Shown: piece after piece, positions 49,567-58,918 of the stretch | Layout: every line of letters begins with the position of its first letter | Position numbering within the stretch: the stretch's first letter is position 1 | NCBI GenBank assembly: GCA_965215515.1 | Contig: OZ244057.1 | Coordinates: forward strand, 352,001-416,000 | Source: Oligoflexales bacterium | GTDB taxonomy: Bacteria > Bdellovibrionota_B > Oligoflexia > Oligoflexales > JAPPIL01 | DNA: 64,000 nucleotides | Direction of reading: 5' to 3' | Program-made: the position numbers and the translations under genes | The notes under the pieces: generated by a model | Told to the model about the DNA's origin: nothing | The model's database searches: none | What the model saw: the letters and a program-made list of their open reading frames with translations, nothing else

Positions 49567-50625
49567 ATGGAGGTGGTTGTGCTGAGTGTTCGCACTGGTG
49601 TGCTGGCAGTGTTGTTGTTCTGGAGCGGGATAGCTTGGGGGGAGAAGGCATTCACTATTAACGGGGTTACGACGACAATCAAGCAGATTGCGAGCAAGGA
49701 GAAGGCCGCGTTTTATGAGATAGAAAAACGCCGTTTCCAGCTGGTCGAGCGGCTGGCACGGCAGAGGTATCTGGAGTTTTTCTGGCAGCAGCGGGCGGCG
49801 AAGAACAAAAAGTCTATCGCCCAAGAGAAAAAAAGCTATTTTGACAAAAATATCAAAATTACTAAGAAACAGATCGACGAGGCCGCTGAGCGCTTCAAGG
49901 ATCATCCGCAGTTGTCGAAGCTTGCCGATGCTGAACGAGAGGCGGAGGTCAAAAAATTTCTGCAAGATAGCGAAGAACGTAGACTGCTTGACAGCATTAT
50001 TGCCACAGGCTTGCAGGACAAAAAGCTACGCATCGACTACCCTCGTCCGCAAGAACCGACCTTCGACTTTACCATTCGCCGTGATGAGCCTGTCAAGTAC
50101 GGCCCCGAGGATTCCGACATCAAGCCCGTCGACTGTCGCGGTGACGATTGTATTACCATCGTCGAGTTTTCTGAATTTCAGTGTCCCTTCTGTGCACGGG
50201 TATTACCTGCCACCAGGGAGGTCATGACACGTTACAAGGGCAAGGTCAGGTGGGTGGTTAGGGATTTCCCCCTCAGTTTTCATGGCCGTGCCAAGCCTGC
50301 GGCGATCGCAGCACGTTGTGCGTTAAAGCAAGGCAAGTATTGGGAAATGTACACTACTTTGTTTGAAAACCAAAAAGCGCTTTCGGACAAGGACTTTGTT
50401 TCCTATGCGACGAAGATCAAGCTTGACAAGAGCAAGTGGCAGGCTTGTGTCGACAAACCAGCAGCCGAGCTGGCGTTTATCGATCGGAATATGCAGTCGG
50501 GCATCAGAGCGGGTGTTACAGGCACACCTGCCTTCTTTATCAATGGTCGTAGGTTATCGGGGGCGGTGCCGTTTGAGCGTTTTAGAAGTATTATCGACGA
50601 CGAGTTAGCAAAAAAGAAAAAGTAA
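49567..50625 (+). CDS. DsbA-family oxidoreductase (second paralogue)
   Basis: Signal peptide; EFSEFQCPFC, RDFPLSFH and GTPAFFING. Confidence 0.92.
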   Translation: MEVVVLSVRTGVLAVLLFWSGIAWGEKAFTINGVTTTIKQIASKEKAAFYEIEKRRFQLVERLARQRYLEFFWQQRAAKNKKSIAQEKKSYFDKNIKITKKQIDEAAERFKDHPQLSKLADAEREAEVKKFLQDSEERRLLDSIIATGLQDKKLRIDYPRPQEPTFDFTIRRDEPVKYGPEDSDIKPVDCRGDDCITIVEFSEFQCPFCARVLPATREVMTRYKGKVRWVVRDFPLSFHGRAKPAAIAARCALKQGKYWEMYTTLFENQKALSDKDFVSYATKIKLDKSKWQACVDKPAAELAFIDRNMQSGIRAGVTGTPAFFINGRRLSGAVPFERFRSIIDDELAKKKK

Positions 50626-50700
50626 AAGCGCAGTTTCCCCTAAAGCTCTCTTGTCAACTACCGAAATCGCACACGGGACGTGGTTTAGTTTTGTGGGGGG

Positions 50701-51321
50701 GTGTCGGTGGTTAATATCAGCAGGGAGAACCGACGTTATGGTCGGGTCATCATTGAGAAGGGTTTGCGGGTTGCGATGCGTTCGATCGGTTCGGAGACGA
50801 GCTACAACATGGAGACCCGTAATGTTTCCGATACGGGTTTTTTCTTGCGTTTTGAGAAGCCAGGGCGTTTTCCGTTTACGCCTTCCAGTATTATGGAGGT
50901 GTGGCTGACCCTTGAGGAGGGCAGTACGATTTTCTTCAACGGCAAGATGACGCGGGTGGTGTATCCTGAAGAGGCGGTTTCTTTGGAGACCGAGCCTGGT
51001 ATTGCCATCAAGATAATTCAAATTGAGCAGGAGGAAGAAAACGTTCTGCGTGAGTTTATCCGCAAGAAGGCCGTGGAGAATGAGGCAAAGGATAGAGGAA
51101 AAAAAGCGCAGGCTGAAGCTTCTCCATCGCTGCGCAAGAGTAAGGTGACGAAAAAAAAGCGGAAGAAAAAAACCACCACCACCACCCGCAACAAGAAGGT
51201 GAGCGTCGGAAAGAGAATGGCACGTGCGAGTGGGCCTCCTTCTCCTGTGAAAGACAAACAACAACCAGAAGAAGAGATGTCGGTGTTCGACGATCTGCTG
51301 GCAAAAAAGAAAGCTGGCTAG
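50701..51321 (+). CDS. PilZ-domain protein with Lys-rich tail
   Basis: RRYGR (RxxxR) and NVSDTG ([DN]xSxxG) c-di-GMP-binding motifs. Confidence 0.85.
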   Translation: MSVVNISRENRRYGRVIIEKGLRVAMRSIGSETSYNMETRNVSDTGFFLRFEKPGRFPFTPSSIMEVWLTLEEGSTIFFNGKMTRVVYPEEAVSLETEPGIAIKIIQIEQEEENVLREFIRKKAVENEAKDRGKKAQAEASPSLRKSKVTKKKRKKKTTTTTRNKKVSVGKRMARASGPPSPVKDKQQPEEEMSVFDDLLAKKKAG

Positions 51322-51567
51322 GGTGGCGAAGGTTTCTGTTCCAGATCTTTTGCTGCTCAGGGGCAAAATGACTGGAAGACTTAGGCGTATTCTAAATGAA
51401 CTGATTTCGGAGGGTGAGCTATGCGCCAAAGAAAATTTAAGACCGTATATCGGGATGGAAGCCAAACTCTTCCTACTAGCGAGATGATCTGCCGCAAGGC
51501 AAACGACAGTTGAATGGCAGTTGTTGGAGTTACCCCAGAAAGTTGTGGTGGAGGCAGCGCGAGTAGG

Positions 51568-52533
51568 CTATTTATTCAACAGCTCCTTAAATTTTTTCGT
51601 CAGCAACGGGACAACTTCGAACAGATCACCGACGATGCCATAGCTGGCGATGGTGAACACGGGTGCCTCCTCATCGGTGTTGACGGCAACGATGACTTTG
51701 GAAGTGCGCATCCCCGCCATGTGTTGCACCGAGCCGCTGATCCCGCAGGCTATGTAGAGGTTGGGATTGACGGTTTTGCCCGTCTGTCCCACCTGCATGT
51801 CGTGCGGAGCATAGCCTGAATCGACTGCAGCCCGCGACGCACCGACGGTGGCGGAGATAACCTCCGCACACTCGTGCAGAATCTTAAAATTATCAGCACT
51901 ACCCATCGCCCGCCCGCCAGAGATAATCGTAGGTGCTTCAGTCAAATCAGGTTTTTCGCTCGTGCCTTGGCGTATCTCTTTGGTCACCAGTGACACGTCG
52001 GGAAATTTGACCACCACTTCCTTAACCTGTGGGGTATCCGTACCGCTCTGTCGCGCAGGAGGAAAGACATTGGGACGCAAAGCCAAGATACCCAGCGGAG
52101 TACAACACAACTTCATCTGCGCCAAACACTTGCCCGCGTACAGCGGTTTCAACGCCTGCACCTCGTCGCCACTGACCTCCGCCTGCACAGCATCGCTGAT
52201 CAGGCCACAATCAAGCCGTGCCGCCAACCGTGCCAACAGATCACGCCCCAAAGGCGAAGCGATACCCAGCAATAACTGCGGCTCACAAGCCGCGACCACT
52301 GCCTGCATAGCTGTCGCCCAGTGTAGCGGGTTGTATAACTCCAGTACCTCGGCATCGACGAGGTGCAACTTGCCGATGCCATACCCTCGCAGCTGTTCCA
52401 CTAGCCCGCCGACATCCTTGCCGAGCAACACCGCATGCAGTTCGCTGCCGAGTTCCTTGCCCTTCGCCAAAGCCTCGTGCGTCGATGCCTTGATCTTGCC
52501 CGCACGTTGTTCAATGAATACCAGTACCCTCAC
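51568..52533 (-). CDS. etfA: Electron transfer flavoprotein alpha subunit
   Basis: ISGGRAMG, VGASRAAVD, QVGQTGK and GISGSVQH. Confidence 0.97.
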   Translation of the reverse strand: MRVLVFIEQRAGKIKASTHEALAKGKELGSELHAVLLGKDVGGLVEQLRGYGIGKLHLVDAEVLELYNPLHWATAMQAVVAACEPQLLLGIASPLGRDLLARLAARLDCGLISDAVQAEVSGDEVQALKPLYAGKCLAQMKLCCTPLGILALRPNVFPPARQSGTDTPQVKEVVVKFPDVSLVTKEIRQGTSEKPDLTEAPTIISGGRAMGSADNFKILHECAEVISATVGASRAAVDSGYAPHDMQVGQTGKTVNPNLYIACGISGSVQHMAGMRTSKVIVAVNTDEEAPVFTIASYGIVGDLFEVVPLLTKKFKELLNK

Positions 52534-52544
52534 GCCGCCTCCCC

Positions 52545-53318
52545 TTAGATAACCTTCGCCTCTTCCCGCAACGAACGCACTACCTCTGTCACCATCTCCT
52601 CCAGCGGTCTGTCCTTCAACAACTTGCCTGGTGGTTTCTCAGGCGGATACTGATAGCCAGTAATCTTACTCTTGGCTGCGCTAGCCTTGACCCCCAAATC
52701 CGCTACTGTCAACACCGCCAGCGGTTTGCGTTTAGCCTTCATGATCCCAGGCAACGATACGTAGCGCGGCGAGTTCAAGGCCTTGTTCGCTCCGACGACG
52801 AGCGGTAGCGGTGTTTCGTAGATCTCCAGCTGCCCGCCCTCGACCTCACGCTCCACCGTAACCATGCGCTCGACGAAGGTTAGCTTGTTGACCACATTGA
52901 CATGCGGCCAGCCGAGATACTCAGCCACCATAACCCCGACATGCATATTGTCGTCGTCAATACCCTGCTTGCCACAGAAAACAAGATCAGGCTGCTCCTT
53001 CGCCACCGCTTTGGCCAACACCCTGCTAACACCGAGCGAGTCACACCCTGCATCGGCTGTAATGAGCATGCCACGATCCGCCCCCATCGCCAAACTGCGC
53101 ACGATAATCTCACGACTAGCCTCCGTGCCGTAACTACAAGCGATAACCTCGCCTGTGCCGAGCTTCTCCTTGATCTGCAACGCCTCCTCAATGGCAAACT
53201 CATCGTAAGGATTGAGAATAAACTGCATACCCTCGTCATCAATCTCCTTACCGTCGGCAGACAACTTGATATGCGCCTCCGTATCGGGAGTACGCTTCAA
53301 CAACAACATGATTTTCAC
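52545..53318 (-). CDS. etfB: Electron transfer flavoprotein beta subunit
   Basis: KRTPD, NPYDEFAIEEAL, AMGADR and PRYVSLPGIMKAK. Confidence 0.97.
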   Translation of the reverse strand: MKIMLLLKRTPDTEAHIKLSADGKEIDDEGMQFILNPYDEFAIEEALQIKEKLGTGEVIACSYGTEASREIIVRSLAMGADRGMLITADAGCDSLGVSRVLAKAVAKEQPDLVFCGKQGIDDDNMHVGVMVAEYLGWPHVNVVNKLTFVERMVTVEREVEGGQLEIYETPLPLVVGANKALNSPRYVSLPGIMKAKRKPLAVLTVADLGVKASAAKSKITGYQYPPEKPPGKLLKDRPLEEMVTEVVRSLREEAKVI

Positions 53319-53510
53319 CAGAACTCCCCCCTTCCAACACGGCAGGCCGCCACCATAACAATAAGCTTTACTCAAAACAAGCGCTTTGGACGGCGGGAAA
53401 ACATCTTGACTTTTTGCGTTATTTAAATAATCTCCCCTTGCCTACCTGTCGCTAGCCGCGGATAATAGACGGAAGCGATACCATGTTAAATTTAGGAGCG
53501 AAGCGAGACT

Positions 53511-53924
53511 ATGAGTAGCGATAGCGAAGCGTTGACCCAACGAGAGTTGGACGAATTCAAGCGGCAACTTCTGCAAGCAAGACAAGACATTCTCGACAAA
53601 GCGAAGCAGGCGGTAGTCAGTGGTAACATTCATCTCGACAAGAACGAGATGATGGACGAGGTCGACCTCGCTTCCGCGACCGTCGAGCAAAACCTTACCT
53701 TCAGGTTGTTGGATCGCGATCGCAAGTTGTTGGCGGAAATCGATCACGCACTGAAAAAAATCGACAACGGCACATACGGTGTTTGCGAGGGTACGGGCGA
53801 GCTGATACCCAAGCAAAGACTAGAGCTGCGCCCCTGGTGTCGGCACAGCGTACGCTACAAAGAAAGAGTCGAGAGAATGCGGGTTGCAGGACGAGGTGTC
53901 TCGGACGAAGAGGAACTAGGTTGA
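53511..53924 (+). CDS. dksA: DksA/TraR family protein
   Basis: DEVDLA coiled-coil tip; GTYGVCEGTGELIP..RL..RP; only two of the four zinc-finger Cys are present. Confidence 0.85.
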   Translation: MSSDSEALTQRELDEFKRQLLQARQDILDKAKQAVVSGNIHLDKNEMMDEVDLASATVEQNLTFRLLDRDRKLLAEIDHALKKIDNGTYGVCEGTGELIPKQRLELRPWCRHSVRYKERVERMRVAGRGVSDEEELG

Positions 53925-54025
53925 GCCTCCGTCCACGTTGCTGAGCGTTACCACCCTTCCCGTAAGGATAGACAAGTGCACAGCGATGGTGCTATCCTAC
54001 CCCTCGGTACGCTGAAGGGGGTGTT

Positions 54026-54799
54026 GTGTCATCAAGGCCGTTGCTAGAAATCACCGATCTACGGGCAGGTGTCGAGGGACACGTGGTACTGCGTGACCTC
54101 TGCCTGACCATCAACGCAGGCGAAGTGCACGTTATCATGGGGCCGAACGGCTCGGGCAAAAGCACCCTAGCAGGCGTGCTGGCGGGGAACGCGGCCTACA
54201 CGGTGGAGGCGGGGCAAGTTACCTACTACAAGGATGGCAAGGCTCTCGATCTGCTCGCGCTGGATGTCGATGCCCGTGCCCGCGCGGGACTGTTCCTTGC
54301 TTTTCAGTACCCCACCGAGATTGCGGGTTTGAGCAATGCGGTGTTTCTACGCGCTGCCTTCAATGCAATCTGCGCCGAACAGGGGCGACCACCCCTCGAT
54401 GCACTCGATTTTGATGATCTGTTGCAGGAAAAAGCACGCCTGTTGCAGATGGACAAAGGCTATATCTACCGTCCGCTCAACGCGGGGTTTTCGGGCGGAG
54501 AAAAAAAACGCAACGAGATTTTGCAGATGGCAGTGCTTGCCCCGCAACTGGCAATCCTCGATGAAATCGACTCTGGACTCGACATCGATGCACTGCGGGT
54601 AGTGGCTGAGGCTATCAGCAGTTTGCGTTCTGAACACAACGCTGTCGTGTTAATCACGCACTATCACCGTATTTTGAACTTCATCACTCCGCAACACGTG
54701 CATATCATCCAGCGCGGCCGCATCGTTGCCAGTGGTGGTAGCGAGCTGGCACGACGCACCGAGCAACAAGGCTATGAACAACACCACCACAGCCAATGA
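54026..54799 (+). CDS. sufC: Fe-S assembly ATPase SufC
   Basis: GPNGSGKST, LAFQYP, GFSGGEKKRNE and DSGLDIDAL. Confidence 0.96.
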   Translation: MSSRPLLEITDLRAGVEGHVVLRDLCLTINAGEVHVIMGPNGSGKSTLAGVLAGNAAYTVEAGQVTYYKDGKALDLLALDVDARARAGLFLAFQYPTEIAGLSNAVFLRAAFNAICAEQGRPPLDALDFDDLLQEKARLLQMDKGYIYRPLNAGFSGGEKKRNEILQMAVLAPQLAILDEIDSGLDIDALRVVAEAISSLRSEHNAVVLITHYHRILNFITPQHVHIIQRGRIVASGGSELARRTEQQGYEQHHHSQ

Positions 54800-56069
54800 C
54801 CACAGCCGTTTCGTTACCCCTGCGCTGACCCGCAGACATGACGATCCCAGCTGGCTGCGCGACAAACGTGCCGTACTGCGACGGCGGTGGCAAGCGACAC
54901 CTCCTCCCACTTTGCGCAGCGAAGCCTACCGCTACACCAACCTCAAACCCCTACTGGCAGAAAACTTCGGTATCGTGACGGGTGAAAGCACAGTGGCTAC
55001 CGCGGATTACGAGGCCTTGCTACATACCGACGAATACCGTTGTGTGATCGCCGAGGGTGAGTTCGTCGTGGGAACAAATTCCTTGCCTACAGGAGTGCAG
55101 TGCCTGAGCCTGCGACAAGCCATCGCTAGCGGTACAGTATCCGCGGCCGCCCTACAATTGCAAACAGACGAGGATTATTTACAACTGCTCACCGACGTGT
55201 GTTTCTACGACGGTATCTATGTGCAAGTCGCAGCGGGAGTGAGACTCGACCGCCCCCTGCATATCATTTTCGTCAACGGCGCACGTGCGGCACACAACGC
55301 TATGTTCAGTCGCAATGTGATTAGGGTCGAAGACCAGGCCACGGCGCACATTATCGAAAGCCACTACGGCACGATTGCTGCCAGTTATCTGGCACAGGTA
55401 CGTACTATCGTGCACGTGGGGGCGGGTGGTGATTGTGCGTTGGCCAAATTTCAACACGAAGGCACAGAAGCTTACCACTACAGTGCGGTCAGTGCACGGC
55501 AAGAGCAAGACTCGCATTTTAGTTTGCTGAACATATCTTATGGCGGTAAGTTGGCGCGTCTCGACAGCCACATCGTCCAGCTTGCCGCGGGGGCGTGCTG
55601 CGATTTCCGCACCCTGTATCTAGGCAAGGCACGGCAGGTGCTCGACAATTATTCACACGTCGAACATCTCGATGAAGGCGGCACAACCCGCCAGCACGTG
55701 CGCGGTATCGTGCGTGAACAGGCACGGGGGATATTCTCAGGCTGTCTCAATGTTCCACGGCAAGCACAGCGCACCGATGCCACCCAGCTGACCAAGAACC
55801 TGCTGTTCGGAAAAGAGTGTGCGGTGTACATCAAGCCGCAGTTGCGGATTGAGGCTGACGATGTGCAATGTTCGCACGGTGCAACTTCTTCTCGTATCGC
55901 CGCTACCGACCTTCATTATCTGGCTAGCCGCGGCATCGACCCCTCTACCGCCGCACAACTGTTGTGTCGTGCACATGTGGAAGAATTGTTGCAAGACTTG
56001 CCGATCGCTACGGCGCAGCGCTTTTTTGAGATGGTGTTAGCTGATTTTTTGCGAGAACAAGAGAAGTGA
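54774..56069 (+). CDS. sufD: Fe-S assembly protein SufD
   Basis: EAYRYT, KPQL.I.ADDV.CSHGAT and YLASRGI. Confidence 0.9.
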   Translation: MNNTTTANDHSRFVTPALTRRHDDPSWLRDKRAVLRRRWQATPPPTLRSEAYRYTNLKPLLAENFGIVTGESTVATADYEALLHTDEYRCVIAEGEFVVGTNSLPTGVQCLSLRQAIASGTVSAAALQLQTDEDYLQLLTDVCFYDGIYVQVAAGVRLDRPLHIIFVNGARAAHNAMFSRNVIRVEDQATAHIIESHYGTIAASYLAQVRTIVHVGAGGDCALAKFQHEGTEAYHYSAVSARQEQDSHFSLLNISYGGKLARLDSHIVQLAAGACCDFRTLYLGKARQVLDNYSHVEHLDEGGTTRQHVRGIVREQARGIFSGCLNVPRQAQRTDATQLTKNLLFGKECAVYIKPQLRIEADDVQCSHGATSSRIAATDLHYLASRGIDPSTAAQLLCRAHVEELLQDLPIATAQRFFEMVLADFLREQEK

Positions 56070-57244
56070 TCATCGGTCTGGAGCGTTTGCATGCCGATCC
56101 ATCGTTGGCTGTCTCGTGGGGACGGTGTGGTCTGTTGTGCAACCAGGCTTCGGTGACGGCTGACTTCATCCCCGCGTGGCAGGTGTTGGCACGTAGTGCG
56201 ACACTCACCTGCCTGTTCAGTCCGCAGCACGGCTTGGAGGCGACGGTGCAGGATAACATGATGGAAACTCCGCACGGGCAACATGTGCCGACGGCTGTGC
56301 CGATTTACAGTCTCTATCATCAGCAACGTGTCCCGAGCGCGGCGATGGCGGCACAGCTGGATACTTTCGTTGTCGATTTGCAGTTGACGGGCACTCGCAT
56401 TTACACCTTTAAGTATACGATGGCCGCGGTGTTGCGGGCCGCGGCACGTTATGGCAAGCGAGTGGTGGTGCTCGATCGCCCCAATCCGCTCGGTGGGGTG
56501 CGTCTTGAAGGGCGAGTGCTGCACCCTGCGGTCAAGTCTTTTGTCGGTGAATACGAGATACCGATGCGGCATGGGTTGACGACAGGTGAGGCGGCGCGCT
56601 TTTTCAACGTGACGATCGGGGCGGAGCTGGCGGTAGTCACTTTGCACGATTGGCAACCTGAATATCTGTGGCAGCAATTAGCGCGACCGTGGGTACTGAC
56701 TTCGCCTAATATGCCGACTGCGGAGACGGTGTCGGCGTTTGCAGGTCTGGTGTTGTTGGAGGGCACGAATGTTTCCGAGGGGCGTGGGACATGTTTGCCG
56801 TTTCAACTGCTCGGGGCACCGTGGTTTAACGATGGGGAGCGGTTGGTGCGACGTATGCACGACCTCTATCCTGCTATGGGGGGAGTGTATTTGCGTGCCA
56901 CCCAGTTCATGCCGACCAACCAAAAGTGGCGGGGACAAGTGTGCCACGGCTTGCAGGTGCACATCATCGATCCCGCCCAGGCTCGTATTTTTCGCGTCGG
57001 TATCGCCGCGCTACGAGCTTGCCTTGAGCTAGGAGGAGAAAACTTCCACTGGCAGCAACCGCCTTACGAATACGAGTACGAAAAACTACCGATACGACTG
57101 CTGCTCGGTGACGCTAGTGCCGATCGCATGTTCGCGGCGGCTAGTTTTGAGGTGGAAGCAGATTATTGGCACAGTGGACAAGAAAGCTATCGCAGCGCGG
57201 TTGCTCCGCACTTGCTTTACGAGCGACGGATGTTGTGCTCTTAG
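56066..57244 (+). CDS. DUF1343 / NamZ-like exo-beta-N-acetylmuramidase
   Basis: FSPQHG, DLQ..G.RIYTF, LDRPNP, RHGLT.GE and NVSEGRGT. Confidence 0.9.
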   Translation: MIIGLERLHADPSLAVSWGRCGLLCNQASVTADFIPAWQVLARSATLTCLFSPQHGLEATVQDNMMETPHGQHVPTAVPIYSLYHQQRVPSAAMAAQLDTFVVDLQLTGTRIYTFKYTMAAVLRAAARYGKRVVVLDRPNPLGGVRLEGRVLHPAVKSFVGEYEIPMRHGLTTGEAARFFNVTIGAELAVVTLHDWQPEYLWQQLARPWVLTSPNMPTAETVSAFAGLVLLEGTNVSEGRGTCLPFQLLGAPWFNDGERLVRRMHDLYPAMGGVYLRATQFMPTNQKWRGQVCHGLQVHIIDPAQARIFRVGIAALRACLELGGENFHWQQPPYEYEYEKLPIRLLLGDASADRMFAAASFEVEADYWHSGQESYRSAVAPHLLYERRMLCS

Positions 57245-58203
57245 GAAAAAGCTGAGTTCCTCACCCCTGCATGCATGATACAGTCGCGGCCTCTGTTTTT
57301 GGCCTGGTAGAGGAGTTCGTCGGCGGCGCGTACGAGTTCGCTGCTATCTTCTTTGGCTAGTTTGTCGCTGCCTGTGAAGGTATGGATGCCGAGGGAAGCG
57401 GTGATCCGCACTTTGAATTTGTCGAGCACGAAACGGCTGTTGCGGACGGAGTTGGCAATCCTCGTGGCCAGTGATAATGCGCCTTTGGCACTTGTGTGGG
57501 GTAGCAGGATGACGAATTCGTCCCCACCATAGCGGGCGGCGATGTCTTCGCTGCGCAGCTGTTGTTTAACCTTTGCTCCTACCTGTGCCAGCACGTACGA
57601 CCCCATGATGTGGTTGCAGGAATCGTTGACGCGTTTAAAGTGATCGAGGTCGAGCATGATGACCGAGATATCGTAGTGGTAACGGCAGGCGCGGGAGTGT
57701 TCTTCGTTGAGGCGATTGGTGAAAAAACGCATCGTGTGTAGCCCTGTCAGTTCGTCAGTGATGGTGAGGTGGGCGAGTTTTTTGTTTTCTTCTTGCAATT
57801 TTTTCTTTGACAGTGCCAGTTCGTCGGTAATTTTTTTGATGCGTAGGTTGGTTGTGATGCGAGCTTTCAGTTCTAACAGCGAACAGGGCTTAGCAAGGTA
57901 ATCGTCAGCACCTGTCGACAGTCCGACGACGAGGTTTTCCCGTGAAGAGTTGCCACTCAAAAAAATTATGGCGACGTAAGGTCCTTCTCTGGTGAGTGCC
58001 CGCATCCTGCGACAGATTTCGATGCCTGTCTGTTGCGGCATATCGACATCGAGAATGACCACGTCGGGCTTGAAAGCGACGAACAGCGTCAGCGCGGCAT
58101 CGCCGTCTTGTGCTGTCTTTACCTCGTAGTCATTGCCCAGCACGCTGAGGTAGAAAGCACAGACATCGTGATCATCATCAACTATCAGCAGTTTGTTCTT
58201 CAA
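57241..58203 (-). CDS. REC-GGDEF diguanylate cyclase
   Basis: LLIVDDD, ILDVDMP, DLDHFKRVND, RSED I-site and RYGGDEF. Confidence 0.95.
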   Translation of the reverse strand: MKNKLLIVDDDHDVCAFYLSVLGNDYEVKTAQDGDAALTLFVAFKPDVVILDVDMPQQTGIEICRRMRALTREGPYVAIIFLSGNSSRENLVVGLSTGADDYLAKPCSLLELKARITTNLRIKKITDELALSKKKLQEENKKLAHLTITDELTGLHTMRFFTNRLNEEHSRACRYHYDISVIMLDLDHFKRVNDSCNHIMGSYVLAQVGAKVKQQLRSEDIAARYGGDEFVILLPHTSAKGALSLATRIANSVRNSRFVLDKFKVRITASLGIHTFTGSDKLAKEDSSELVRAADELLYQAKNRGRDCIMHAGVRNSAFS

Positions 58204-58909
58204 GTCCTGCCTGCTGCAAACGCATAACTTCGTACAGCATAAATTCTATTGCTGTAACCGAACGCACGTTAATCACGGGTGCATCGTTCTGTGCGATACT
58301 TAGCTGGAGAATTTCAGTTTGCAAAAATTCGTACAGTGTTTTCTTGTCGAGGTCGGTCTGGCTTTTCTGTCCCGCAACGACGATAGCCAGTATCTGCGCT
58401 GACAAAGTCGGGGCACGCCACTGTTGCTCACGGAAGAAAAAACGCCCCGCCTTCGTTATACTGAAATGCGGGAGATATGCAGTGATGCGTTGCCACAGAC
58501 CGTGATGATGATGGTGATTGCAGGCAGCACTTTTCCCGAGCATCTGTATTACTTTTTCCTGGTGTAATTTACGCACTGTCAGTAGCACACTGGTGGTGGT
58601 CAGGGCGAGCAGTCCCCACCTTATCTTCTGCCAGAGGGCGGCGCTGTGTGTGGCATGGTCGGCTTTGGTCTGCAGGCGCTGTTGCAGAAGTTCAAAATCT
58701 TGGCTACGCAAACCTTCGGTGTTGAGCGGTCGGCAGGCGGACAGTCGTTGTGCCGTCATCGCTGACTGTGCTTTGTAGTGGCAACGGGCAAAAAAATAGT
58801 AGCCGTCACGGTAGGTTGTTTTGATGGCGTAGTCACCACCATCGGTCAGCAGTGCGTATAGCGGCGAGGTGAGTAGCAATGTAGAAATAAAAAGTAGTGT
58901 TGTTCGCAT
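58178..58909 (-). CDS. Hypothetical secreted protein with hydrophobic segment and His run
   Basis: Signal peptide; Cys pair; WGLLALTTTSVLL; CNHHHHHG. Confidence 0.7.
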   Translation of the reverse strand: MRTTLLFISTLLLTSPLYALLTDGGDYAIKTTYRDGYYFFARCHYKAQSAMTAQRLSACRPLNTEGLRSQDFELLQQRLQTKADHATHSAALWQKIRWGLLALTTTSVLLTVRKLHQEKVIQMLGKSAACNHHHHHGLWQRITAYLPHFSITKAGRFFFREQQWRAPTLSAQILAIVVAGQKSQTDLDKKTLYEFLQTEILQLSIAQNDAPVINVRSVTAIEFMLYEVMRLQQAGLEEQTADS

Positions 58910-58918
58910 GTAGGCTTC

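Noticed and set aside
51323..51513. Short ORFs (about 54 aa and 30 aa) between the PilZ gene and etfA
   Set aside because: Two overlapping candidates with no motifs; neither can be supported.
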